A stretch of DNA of 64,000 nucleotides, taken from NCBI GenBank assembly GCA_977017575.1, contig CDRNVI010000016.1, positions 186,001-250,000 on the forward strand, read 5' to 3'. A program made the position numbers and the translations under genes. Below, in pieces: positions 42,361 to 53,700 of this stretch; positions within the stretch are counted from its first letter, which is position 1; the number at the start of each line of letters is the position of its first letter. The DNA comes from Paramoeba atlantica. Its lineage: Eukaryota > Protista > Discosea. Below the pieces are notes generated by a model. The model was not told where the DNA came from and ran no database searches. It saw only the letters and a list, made by a program, of their open reading frames with translations.

Positions 42361-42493
42361 TTTGTAACAGTATTTTTTGTAACAGTATTTTTTGTAACAG
42401 TATTCTTTGTAACAGTATTCTTTGTAACAGTATTCTTTGTAACAGTATTCTTTGTAACAGTATTCTTTGTAACAGTATTCTTTGTAACAGTAT
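42361..42493. repeat. 15-bp tandem repeat TTTGTAACAGTATT(C/T), about 9 copies
   Basis: Directly visible; reads TVTKN x9 on the minus strand; no spacers. Confidence 0.97.
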
Positions 42494-42802
42494 CATCTTT
42501 TGTGCTCAGTAGAAACATTTTTGCAGAAAAAAACAGTCTAAATATGCATGAAACTTTGGATCCATGTTCTACATCCGCTGTTGTCGTCCCCACCACTTCT
42601 ACGCTTGTCATCCTTCACCCCTTGGATCTTCACCTTGTCAGGTACTCTTAAACCGCACCGAAACCGTACTGAAACCGCACCGAAACACCACCCGCAGCCC
42701 CTAATATATTTATGTTGCGCATAGAAAACAAAAAGAATCTCTTCTCACAGGTTTGCTGTACGCTCCTTGAGGCTCCTCTTAATAATTTGCCTTCTTATAA
42801 TA

Positions 42803-43897
42803 CTGTACCCCCGCTAATTGTCACCCCTCTACCCCCCCCCCCTATTTAATTGTCCTTTTTGACAGAGCCTTGGGCACAAGGCGCCACGAAGCGGCGCCAT
42901 TTTTTTTTCATTTTCATTTTTTCATTTTCTAGTGTAAAGTGATACGAGCACCTACCTATGAGCACCTACCTACGAGCACCTTATTACATCTTGTTACACA
43001 ATATTTGGCTCATTTTTTTCAAAAAAATCCAAAAATCCAAATCATTCCGGATTACTCCGGACGGTCGCTGGCAAGCCAGACCCTTCACAGACAGATTTGG
43101 AAGTTCCGAGGCCGACGTCCTCTACCAGTTTCCGCTTGTACAAAAAAACAGCACCAAAGTGCTGCTACCAACACGTTGCGTCGACAAATTGTACGTCAAC
43201 ACGGCTCACCCAAGAGGTGTGATCCGGGGTAGGGAGCTGGTTCCCTGAGGGGAGGGTCCGGGATGGTCCTCCAAGTACTGGGCTTAGTCGGTTCTAAGCC
43301 CATCCTCTTAGAGTGATTCCGCCGGGAATTAAGCGATGAGCGGGTTTGAACTCGCCGTCTGAGCACCATGTGCTTCAAACTTTGAGTTCTTGCCGCTCCG
43401 CCACCTCCGCTTTCCCATTTTTGCACTGATCCCAATCCCTTTCATCTCTTCCCCTACCGGAAAATGGTAACCCTTCAGTTGACTTCCATTCATCTTTCTC
43501 TCTTCCGGAAAACGTTAATGCTCCCGGTGATTACCCTTGATCTCTCCCCTTTCCTGGGAATGGCGACCTTCCCTCAGAGGCCTATTCATCGGACACGGGA
43601 ACTACCTCAAATGAACAACGGGTTACTGGTCCTCTGGGGCGTTGGGTGAGAATACGGCCTCCTGTCCCTCGGGTAGGGCCTCTAGAAAATCCTCTAGTGG
43701 TGCCCATCGTGAATTTTTTAGTGTCTCCGTTGGACCTACGCTTACATAAGAACGATAATAGCGGTTGGTAGAATAGAGTACAACATGCGGCGCGAAGCAG
43801 CGCAAAATTTCTTTCCCCTACTCTTCAAATTTTGCACCCCCCTATTTAATTGTCCTTTTTCCCGAAAAGCGGTGACAATTAAGTAGGGGGGGTACAG
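42803..43897. mobile_element. Non-autonomous TA-flanked TIR element, 1.1 kb
   Basis: TA|CTGTACCCCCGCTAATTGTCACC vs GGTGACAATTAAGTAGGGGGGGTACAG|TA; internal direct repeat CCCCCTATTTAATTGTCCTTTTT near both ends; no transposase. Confidence 0.75.
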
Positions 43898-43964
43898 TAA
43901 TAAAAACTACTACTAATTTCTATTACAAAAATTATTACGGCTGCTATGGTTCCACTTTCTTTCC

Positions 43965-44037
43965 TGATGACGCACAGACTAGATTATATTCGTAGACCTT
44001 TTTTGAAGAACACATGAAAATCTGGTGTCCCGACTGA
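43965..44037 (+). ncRNA. Candidate box C/D snoRNA-like sequence, copy 2
   Basis: TGATGA (43965-43970) ... CTGA (44034-44037), 73 nt; possible D'/C' boxes TTGA...ATGAA. Confidence 0.3.
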
Positions 44038-44322
44038 TAGATTTGATATCTTTTTGTGTTGGCAAAATTGCATTAGCAAATAAAAATGTCAGCACATTCA
44101 TTACCGTTACCCCCCTTAGATATCCTAGGACGCTACTTATACTCTTTTGTGATGAAACCTCTGGGTCTCAGCTTTTCGTTACAACTTACAAGTAGAGTGT
44201 AAATACAAGTAGGGGAATATCCACGTAACCATGTACTCTACGCGAAATTATTATTATTTATTGCAATGTACTATTTTTGTTTTTGATTCGAAGCGGAACT
44301 ATATTTTACTGTAAGTAGTAAC

Positions 44323-44802
44323 ATGACTTCAGAGTTCCAACACACTGATTCAAATCGCGACGATATTTTAATTTTTCATGAAGCCTTGAAGGCTCGAGAA
44401 CAAGACGATGTTGAAGTGGACTTTGCATTACACGAAAAGGTGAATATTGAAGTGATTTCAAATACAGAGGGAAACCCACCAAACGGTAGTGAGCAAGGGA
44501 AAACTGCTGCGAGTGTTCTACGAAGGACGCCGACAACAATTATTCACTTTAATCATGAGGATCACACATTAGGAAATATACTTCGTCATGCTCTTCACAG
44601 CCGTGTAGATGTCAATATTGCGGGCTATGTTATTCCACATCCTTTACAGCCGATGATGAAACTCCAGGTTCAAAGCGAAAAATATGGCCCTCAATTAGTC
44701 GCTGATGAGTTGGAAAAAATTGGTTCTCTGTGCGAAGATTCTTGTAACGAATTTGAACTTGCGCTCAAAATATTTAGTTTAGGGATCAGTGAACAAGCCT
44801 AA
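44323..44802 (+). CDS. RPC19: RNA polymerase I/III subunit AC19 (RPB11 family)
   Basis: HEDHTLGNILRHAL...AGYVIPHP; the GY.IPHP form favours AC19 over RPB11. Confidence 0.75.
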   Translation: MTSEFQHTDSNRDDILIFHEALKAREQDDVEVDFALHEKVNIEVISNTEGNPPNGSEQGKTAASVLRRTPTTIIHFNHEDHTLGNILRHALHSRVDVNIAGYVIPHPLQPMMKLQVQSEKYGPQLVADELEKIGSLCEDSCNEFELALKIFSLGISEQA

Positions 44803-45056
44803 TTCTAAGAACATGTAATGCTCTAAATTGTCTATACATCTGTATTTTCAATTATTTATTTACATATAAATGGAGCTGACGTGGTTTAAGTATTCCGAAA
44901 AGCTTGGAAATGCTGACTTCGACTATACGTAACTCTGCGAGAGCACTTCATTTTGACTCCCTACCATTTTTTTATGTCCACCCATGTATGTTTAAGGCCT
45001 CAAGCTAAGAAAGATTGAGTATTGTTAGACTTTAAATTTGCATTACTATCAAACTT

Positions 45057-48000
45057 ATGTCAAGCTGTCCAGAGAAAATTGATGCGTTTGATGCGAATTC
45101 TACTGGTTCATCACTTGAGGTAGATGATGATACACAAGGGGACGTTTCTCTATTAGACTCAATCGCACCTATATCCCCCAAAAATTCGAAAGCAGACAGT
45201 ATTAAGAATCCTACAACTGCTCTTAAAACAGCAGAAACTTGGACTCATCCCGCACTGAAAAAATTGGACGCCTCGCGTGTTTCTGCCAGTCCGAGAAATC
45301 CCGTCCCTCGTCACCCTGAGGTGATCAAACATGAACAACACCAAATGAGCAACAAAGGTATTTTTATAAAAACTAGTGGTGAAATGCATCAAAATGACGA
45401 AGCAAAGGGTGGCACAACATCAAAAAAGATTGACACTACCTCCGTTACACAGGTATCTCCGAAGGATGTACATATTTCAAAGGAAGAAACGGTCACATTG
45501 TTAGAGCAAGACGCTTTGGAAGAAATAATATTTGAAAAGTTGCAGACCAAGAGTCGAATCAACGAATATGAAGAGTCGTTACGTGAAAAAAAGAATGCAT
45601 GTCAGGCAAATCTTTCGGAGGCTATGCACGTTGCACAGTCGCTTCTTGCTGGAAAACGAGCTTTGGAAAAAAAGATAGCAATAAAACAAGTGGAAATAGA
45701 TGGCTTCAGTACAGAGATGGGTCGATTAAGAAAGTCTTTTGAAGACCTTTCGACACAGTGTGAACACCTTCGTAACCTTGATTTTGAGGAGCTCCAGTGC
45801 TGGAAGCTCGTTGACAAAGCTAAAGGCGCACCTTGTCCGGCTTTTACAAGTGAAGCAGCGGAACATTCGACTTCTGAGGAATCATATTTGTACCCTATTC
45901 TCGGTGAATATGGTGTTATGTGTGACCCATATGAGGTCAAGAGTTCTTGCGTGTTCCAAGTTCTTCGGAGCAATAACTTAAAAGAAGAAAAGGAATGTTT
46001 AATGCAGAAGAATGCCGAGATATATAAACGTTTTGTCAAACTCTTTGCACCTAGTCGCCATTTGTTCGGTTCTAAAGTAGGGTGGCGTCGACCAGCGAGA
46101 GATGAGAACTGTGTGGCAGAAAGAATTGAGGGTTTGTGTTCTCGCATTGGTTGCAAGTACCTGCATTTGGATGAAAATCCGGGTGATTGCGCTCTACTGG
46201 AGCTTCTCCGAGCGGCCCTTCATGCATTACGCACAAGATGCATAGGTTCCACTTTCTTTGCAGAAATTAATAAAGTTCTCGAGCTTACAAAAAAGCCATC
46301 GGAGGTTCTGTCATCAGTCCAGCAATTATTATGCTTCATACGGGAAAATAACATGGCCCACTTCCTTCTACTTGAAAATGAAGAAACTGTACAAGACAGT
46401 AATTCTACTGCACAGAAGGAGATGAACTACGTACATCAGCCGGAACAATGGTTTTTGGCACTCCGAAAAGAGCTGGAGCACAGCGTGGCTCCATCCGAAG
46501 CTGTGCAGTGGTTGTCCCGTGTACCGAACCTGGAAAAGTTGCACTTAATATTGGAAGATCAAACTGCGAAATTTCCGAAGAGCTGCCTGAATGATTTTCT
46601 ACAGGCCCATTTACAATGTAAATTGCGATACACTACTTGTTCCTGGCAATCTGAGCAATACATTATTGGGATGGATACGCTAGCGAAGGCGACAAGAAAG
46701 AAACCCCTGGAGCAAATGTTTTATTGTACTGAAGAAGTTAAACAAGAGTTATCCTTAACTCTATGTACAATGCTAGATTCGGCACAGTGGAACACGAACC
46801 CGCTTCTGTACATGGAGTGTCTTGCTGTTCTACTGGACAAAAGTTCTAATAAGCAAAAGTGCAATAAGAGATCGCTGATTAAATCGATGATTGCCATATG
46901 TCGCACAGCGACAGACAACCTAAAACAAGCAGAGTGCTTGTGTTTACAAGATATTTTTCTGAAGCAGGGGAACTCAGAAGGTTCTGCAGAAAAAGCTTTT
47001 TATGAAAACCGAAAGGATACGACATTGGCATACTTTATTGCATTCTCTGTTGCACTGAATCTTTACTCGGATGAAGGATTAACTGAGGCGTTGGGCACTT
47101 TGCATCGCATTACATATTTTCCAGGTCAGTTTTATCCACTAAGCTTTGTCGAGCAGTTTAATATGTCAATCCTGCTAATAGCCGTCCTTTCTGGGTCTCT
47201 TTCCGGTGACGTATCAACTCTGAGTTGGGTATCAAAGGGATTCTTAAGCATTCATTTTTCCAGCAAAAGAATTAAAGAGTTACCGGCGCATTTATCCTTC
47301 GCTGTAAGAGGAGTGATCCAGCAAACCAAACAGTATCTACAAGCCGTAAAATCTAATGGATCGAATCGATTACATGCTCAGGCGCTTTGTATCTTGAACG
47401 GACTATCTATGGACTGGGAATTGTCAAGTATGAAGTGTAGTGTCCGTGATATTTTGCACCATCACAGCCCTGAAGTGAATTTTTCGGACCTCGGACATGT
47501 GTTACGACTGTTTAAGCATGACCATTTTTCAGAGCGGCAGATGTCGGATGTGATAAATATGTTGGACTTACACCCAGCTAAAGGAAACCCGGAGTTGTAT
47601 TTTTTGATACGCACACTGCTTTCTCAGGGCCATAATTCATACGCCGCGTTGCTTGCTTCTGAGTTTACGACGAGATTTATGAAATCTTTCCGAACCAGCT
47701 CTGGGTGTCTTACCGTAGACCACGCACGCGAATGGCTCAAGGGACGTAAGAGCGAAACGGCGAGTCACGACGTTTTGGGAATTACACTTCTTGCAGTCAA
47801 CGAATGCTTACAGGGAAAGAAGGAAAGGGGTTCATCTCTATTGGACTTGTTGTTATCGAGACACGATTTATTTCGAGACTCTTCTTTGTTGGTATTTGTT
47901 CTTATGGAACGAATCAGCTGTACATTGTCGCTCAAAGACTCTGAGAATGACTTTTCCAGCGTAATAGAAAAAATTGTTGATTTTCCGCCATCATACCATT

Positions 48001-48281
48001 CAAAGGGCTACGATCGAAGTGGGTACGAAAATGAAGAGTTCGCCCTTGTTTTGGGTCCTACACGACCCTTATCTGCTATGCAATTCATCTTGCACATAAT
48101 CCTTTCTTGGGTACAGCTATCGAGTAAAAATGAAGAATCCAGACTGCGAAGAAAGTATTGGCATACGCTAGAAAAGAAATTGTATCGGTTACATCCGTCC
48201 ACTTGGCATGCGGAAAAGAAAATGAACGCCGTGATGAACTTACATATGATACCGATGCCGACCATGAAGCACAGTAAGTGA
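45057..48281 (+). CDS. Large hypothetical protein (disordered N-terminus, coiled coil, helical C-terminus)
   Basis: 1074-aa uninterrupted ORF on the coding strand. Confidence 0.7.
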   Translation: MSSCPEKIDAFDANSTGSSLEVDDDTQGDVSLLDSIAPISPKNSKADSIKNPTTALKTAETWTHPALKKLDASRVSASPRNPVPRHPEVIKHEQHQMSNKGIFIKTSGEMHQNDEAKGGTTSKKIDTTSVTQVSPKDVHISKEETVTLLEQDALEEIIFEKLQTKSRINEYEESLREKKNACQANLSEAMHVAQSLLAGKRALEKKIAIKQVEIDGFSTEMGRLRKSFEDLSTQCEHLRNLDFEELQCWKLVDKAKGAPCPAFTSEAAEHSTSEESYLYPILGEYGVMCDPYEVKSSCVFQVLRSNNLKEEKECLMQKNAEIYKRFVKLFAPSRHLFGSKVGWRRPARDENCVAERIEGLCSRIGCKYLHLDENPGDCALLELLRAALHALRTRCIGSTFFAEINKVLELTKKPSEVLSSVQQLLCFIRENNMAHFLLLENEETVQDSNSTAQKEMNYVHQPEQWFLALRKELEHSVAPSEAVQWLSRVPNLEKLHLILEDQTAKFPKSCLNDFLQAHLQCKLRYTTCSWQSEQYIIGMDTLAKATRKKPLEQMFYCTEEVKQELSLTLCTMLDSAQWNTNPLLYMECLAVLLDKSSNKQKCNKRSLIKSMIAICRTATDNLKQAECLCLQDIFLKQGNSEGSAEKAFYENRKDTTLAYFIAFSVALNLYSDEGLTEALGTLHRITYFPGQFYPLSFVEQFNMSILLIAVLSGSLSGDVSTLSWVSKGFLSIHFSSKRIKELPAHLSFAVRGVIQQTKQYLQAVKSNGSNRLHAQALCILNGLSMDWELSSMKCSVRDILHHHSPEVNFSDLGHVLRLFKHDHFSERQMSDVINMLDLHPAKGNPELYFLIRTLLSQGHNSYAALLASEFTTRFMKSFRTSSGCLTVDHAREWLKGRKSETASHDVLGITLLAVNECLQGKKERGSSLLDLLLSRHDLFRDSSLLVFVLMERISCTLSLKDSENDFSSVIEKIVDFPPSYHSKGYDRSGYENEEFALVLGPTRPLSAMQFILHIILSWVQLSSKNEESRLRRKYWHTLEKKLYRLHPSTWHAEKKMNAVMNLHMIPMPTMKHSK

Positions 48282-48812
48282 AAGATGTTTCTTTCGAGAA
48301 TGTTGAATAATTATGTCGATGATATTTAACTACGGGTGTATTGGAAAAGGTACGCATCTTTCAAGTTCTTCAGTATCTTCAAATATTACCGAAAATGGTA
48401 TTCTGTAGCGTTTCGAACACGCGTGTATTATTATGACTTTAGATTTATGCAAAGCTTCCTATAATTCAGCCGTTCTTCTACGTATACATGAACATGCGTC
48501 AATGAAAATGTGTTATTTTCCACCTAGTACACAATCATACAAACGAAATGAAGTTTTCGTTAGCGGCGAATACCATGTGACGAAAATAGATGTGTTACAT
48601 CTGTATGTAGCATGCAGACATCTACATGACTTGATCTGCATCCGTATAATCTCTTTTCGTGTACATGTATGTCTAACAAACATAGCACAAATGTTCATAC
48701 CCCTGGTTAATAGAATATTATTATTTTTCAAAGATCTGTTATTACTTAAAGTAATTTACTTTTACTACGCTAGTACTTTACAAATTAAAAACCAATTGTA
48801 CTACACATTGTA

Positions 48813-49646
48813 ATGTCTGCATGCGAAAGTAGTGGAGAGATGGGTTCACGATCATCAGAGGATGTGAAGGATCTAATTCATCAATGGCGACAAGAAACGA
48901 CGGAAGTCGTTGAATTGGAAGATGAATTAGGAAATGTTGAATTAGAAATTCAAAAACTTCTCTTAGAAAAGGAGATGCTCGAAAAAGAAGTCGAAGCGCT
49001 TTGCCAGAATGAGAACGATGGGGGTTCTGATTGGGAACATCTGGAAGCTTTGCGTGAAGAACTTTTGGAATTGAACATGAACGCAGAAAGCGATCAAAAA
49101 CATTCCCAAGAACTTGAAAAATGGTGCAAGAACCGAAGTTCACGAAATAAGTTACACCTTGACTCCCTGCGAACCCGAGTTACCGCAGTGAGAGAAAGAG
49201 AGACCCAGATAGAAGGACTCTTGAAACTGACTGAAGATGTAGAGCATCAACAATTGGAAAATGAGCGATTAGAGAACGAAACACAAAAGGAAAAGGATGA
49301 ACAGAAGGAGGCGTCCGCTTCGCTAAGCATCGCACAGCATGCTAAACAAGGATTGCAGAAATGTAAGTCTCTGGCCGGTGATATCCATGACATAGAGAAA
49401 CTGCGATTGGAAGCCAAGGAAGATAAAGATATACTTTCTGACTTTCTTACTGCCAATCAACACCTGCATGAACGAGCCCAAGAGATATTGCGCAGATCAT
49501 TACAAGCGAAAGATCTTGCTCAACCTATTTTACGGGATCGGACACAGAAACTGAGCTCAATACTCCGGGCCCTTGTAAGTCGCAGCTCGGCCGCGTCACT
49601 AGCAGGTATTGAAAAAGCCGTACGTAGCACGCATGACGTTTTATAG
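48813..49646 (+). CDS. Coiled-coil hypothetical protein
   Basis: 277-aa E/L/K/Q-rich ORF with heptad character. Confidence 0.65.
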   Translation: MSACESSGEMGSRSSEDVKDLIHQWRQETTEVVELEDELGNVELEIQKLLLEKEMLEKEVEALCQNENDGGSDWEHLEALREELLELNMNAESDQKHSQELEKWCKNRSSRNKLHLDSLRTRVTAVRERETQIEGLLKLTEDVEHQQLENERLENETQKEKDEQKEASASLSIAQHAKQGLQKCKSLAGDIHDIEKLRLEAKEDKDILSDFLTANQHLHERAQEILRRSLQAKDLAQPILRDRTQKLSSILRALVSRSSAASLAGIEKAVRSTHDVL

Positions 49647-49753
49647 AAAATTTCAAACGCTGTGCCCGTTCTTTCACTAACATGCCGTACACTGAATGTG
49701 CGGGATGTAGTTTTTGCGCTATAATTCTGGTTTTAATATACTAGACGTACATA

Positions 49754-50493
49754 CAGTGGTGTTCAGCCTCTTTTAAACGTCCCCCCCCTACAGGTCTTGC
49801 ATTTTGTTCGATTTTGGAAATATTTTGTATGGGACTGTTTTTCGACCCAATCGTTTCGAATCCGAGGTCCTTTTCACTCGTGGACACCTGTATCATACCT
49901 AAACCGGAAAAAAAAACTGCAAAAAAGTCGATTCTTTTTTTCACAGAGTACACTTTTTTCAAAATTGGTATAAAGAAGCATCGCCCCCTGTGCTTACCTT
50001 CCTGCCTCGTGTGCCCCGAGATGCGCACGGCACTCACGATCGATTGAGAGCGACTTAAGTCCTATAAGACACTCGAAAAACTTCATAAACTTAGCCCCGG
50101 GTCCAAAATTGAAACTTTTCGCTTTTTTTCTGAAGATTAACCGGAAACGTTTAAGAATGCCTTCCGGAACTATCGTAAACGTTTACTTTTGGTCAAGGAG
50201 GTCAAAGGGCATATGACTAAATACTAGAGATTACTTTGCACTCCTTTTCCACGTCTTCTGACCTACTTTACTACTGTTCCTCATCCGAAACATTCAAAAA
50301 AATGAACCCAAAAAAGCTGTAATTAGCTTTTTTGACCCCTACCTGGCTAGTGGGGGTATGGGGTCGCTCGAGTGAAAAGGACCTCGGACTCGGAACGATT
50401 GGGTCGAAAAACGGTGGTACATCAAATATTTCCGAAATCGGACAAAATACAAGACCTGTAGGGGGGGGGGGTAAAAGACGCTGAACACCACTG
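49754..50493. mobile_element. Tc1/mariner-pogo-type MITE, 740 bp, with roughly 126-bp imperfect TIRs and TA TSD
   Basis: TA|CAGTGGTGTTCAGC...CTTTTCACTCG (49754-49880) mirrors CGAGTGAAAAG...GCTGAACACCACTG|TA (50369-50493). Confidence 0.92.
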
Positions 50494-50715
50494 TATGTAT
50501 TCATGGTATCACCAAGATTTGAAAATTAGTGAATTGTATTCACACTACAAAATTCTAATATAAATTCATTCTCCATGCTCGACTGCATGCAACAGTTACG
50601 AATGCTGTTCGTAAAACTTTATCAACCCACGTTCAACCTTATTCGCCCAACTATGTTCACTATTTAGAACCAAACTTCACACCGTTTGGCGTGAGTTCCC
50701 CCCTCTTCTTCCGGA

Positions 50716-53700
50716 ATGGACACCAAGCTATGCGTTGGGACGGGAAGCCCTTTAGCGACCCTCCCTTTTTCCTGGGCTTTAGAGCACTCTCTGCGTGCCT
50801 CGGCGCCCCCTTCTCCGCAAATTGGATTACGGGCCAGTACCCACAACCCCACCTCCCCCCTCGCCCTCTCACGCTGTTACGCCCACACCCACCCCGCGGG
50901 GAGTGTTGCCACATCCTCCCCTCGTGAGTTTATACGTCAGCGCACATCGGATATCTTTCGCAGGCCCTATGACCTCCCGCAGCCCTACGCCCTGGAGTCG
51001 CTCTGCGGCAACCTGTTCGGGAAGCTTCCACCGGACGTGGGCTTAACCCTCGCGGGGTCGCATTTCCCCAAGATGAGCTCATGCCCCTCCCTTCGAGAGC
51101 TTGTGGTGGAGGGCTACCCTGTGCTGCATCGTATGGAGTTGATACGGATTTTGTTGGAACACAGTATGACGGTGGAGGCCTCGATGCAAATGAGCGTGCT
51201 GGTGGATTCCCCGGGGTTTGTTTCGAGTGTGATCCCGCAGGAGTACTTGGATGCGCTGTGGGGCAGCATTACCCAGAAAGAAATCTTTTCACCCTCCTTG
51301 GTTGCGAGTTGGTTGGAACACATGCCAGAAAAGTGGAATCTTCCCGCGGAGATTGCCGTGCAGCTTATTATTCGACCGGTTGTGGCCCCGGTGACACTTG
51401 CGTATCGAGTAATCGAAAAATACATGTCCGGAACTGCCTCGGAAAACCCCACCCCCTACCATGCCTTCTTTCTCGTGGCACATAACAGCTTAAGGACTCG
51501 TCTACTTAGCGCAACGGACACGGTCGCCGGAACCCAGCCCATGCGCTCGGGGAGTGCTATTCGAGGAGTCTTGCACTGGAATCTGATCTGGAGGGTTTTT
51601 CAAGGAATGAATAAGCGAATCCCCAACTGGGCGCTTCAGCTTCCGGAGGAAGATGCGTCTGCGCTTGCAACTTCTCTTCTATCCGTCTTGTTGACTCACG
51701 CGCCCCCGATTTTATGTTTGTTTGTTGCCCGAAAGCTCGTAAAACTCGGGTGCCTGGGAGACGTGAGAAGCGCCGTGCTTATGATTCGACGACTTCCCAA
51801 CAATTCCCTTCCGCAGTCGTCTGCTGTTGTTCAGCGGCTTTGCAATTGGCTCCTTCGCCGCTCATCATTTCACCGCAATATTCCTTTCGATGTATTCGCT
51901 GTCGCTACTTCACTTATTCGCCTGCAACTGTACGATACTTTGGCAGACCTGTATAATAGATTGTTTGAGGGGATCTATAGTTATACCAAGGATCAAAAAG
52001 AACGGGTCGTGTCCACGTTTATAGATATGGTATGCCCGGAATGCGCGAACATTCTGAATGAGAAAAATGTTCATATTCGAAGACTTTGCCCGAATTGTTT
52101 CGCGAGGATCGAGGAAAAGTCTACCGAAGAGAAACCTTCCTACGAACCGACAAGCGAAGTCATTAAAGCCTCACGAGAAAAGCAAAAGGACACATACAAG
52201 GATCGGCTTAAAAATCTCCGCGATCAGCAAGTTGCAGGCGCTGTTACGGAAATACGTCGTCAAGATTCTTTGAAGTTTTTTCGCCATGAACTTTTAGAAG
52301 AGCGCACTTTGCCCACGACAGCAACTATTGGAAGCCATTCGGTGAGCATATCTCTCCCCGCCGACCAACTCGATGTGAAGGACGTAGACGCAATTCGACA
52401 AATGGTATCGCGGAGACAAGAAATAGAGAGTCGTAAGATCGAGTTGGAGCGAGAAATTGCTCAAACAGGTAAGGTCCCCCAAGCGGCACGATCTAAACTT
52501 CCTTCAGAGGCTTCGCTAACCCCTTTACTGGAAATTCGGTCAAGAAAAGAACCCGAAAAAAATAAAAATGCTCTTGTGAGTGATTCTATCAACATGTCCG
52601 ATTCGGAACCTTATTTGGTACCAACATCACGTTGTGCATGGGATTGTGTCTGGTGTGAGGAAAGTAATTCTGAGGCAGCCCGAGTTACATGCTCCGGCTG
52701 TGGAGCCGACACTGGGCCCGAAGCCATTTGGCGGTCCTACAAATTCTGTCCCAGAGATTGCGCAAGCGAGGATTCAGGGAGCTCCGTTCCAAGTAATTTG
52801 CAAGAATTGTCATATCGGTTAAAACGAATAGAAACAAAATCTAGAGAAGAAGTCGTAGCTGCCGCTTACTGGCTTCTTCTTTTTCGAAAGAAATTTCTTC
52901 TTGAAGCATCAGAAAAGCAACTTCATGGCCTGAATAACGCAGTACTGGCCTTATGTTCCAACACCGAGCGCGTCATGGCTGCATATATCTTTTTTAGGAT
53001 TATTCCGAGTGCAGTGAGATCTCGAGATTGCCTAAAACCTCTAATGACTCTTTTTGGTACAAATATCAGCGCACCCTTGTTGGAACAGGAAGAGCCTGGT
53101 TCAATAGCGCCGACACTTATTATAGGCCCAGGCACCTGCCTAACGTGCTTTGATTTACAACACACCTGGAAACAGTGTCCCATTATCACACGTAGAATCT
53201 CTAATTCATCAGTATCAAAGGAAAGAAAAACTGTGCGAGGAATCTTTTCTGATAGTCCGCAGAAATTAGCCGAGCAAAATGAGCCTCTTAAGGTAAGCAA
53301 GCCCACCCTCAGTAGTGGTGAAGAAATACAACGTGGAATTGATCGATTATTGCTCGCAATTTCTCGAACTACCGAGTCAACTGCAAGAAGAACATTTTCA
53401 ATATTCCTTGACAGCCCAGGGAGAAACATATTCTGCGAAACGCATCCAATAGAGGCTAACGTTTTTGTTCGACACCTTGCCGGACGCGGGCATTTCAAGC
53501 AAGCAGCCTACGTCCTTAACCACATTCCTCGTCACCTTCGTGAAAATGAGTCATACCAAGAGGTGGCTAAAAGATACAGTATATTACCCGACGAGATCGA
53601 CCCCATGCTAAGGTATCGAAGATTGGGGGACCAAGATGCAAACCATCCCTTCTTTTCCCAAGTGTTTCAGGTATGCTGCATTTGTTTGACAGAAAAACAT

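Noticed and set aside
42361-42493. CRISPR array
   Set aside because: Head-to-tail 15-bp units with no spacers, no cas genes, and a eukaryotic context.
42288-42611. TVTKN-repeat protein gene
   Set aside because: A minus-strand frame kept open by the minisatellite; no other coding evidence.
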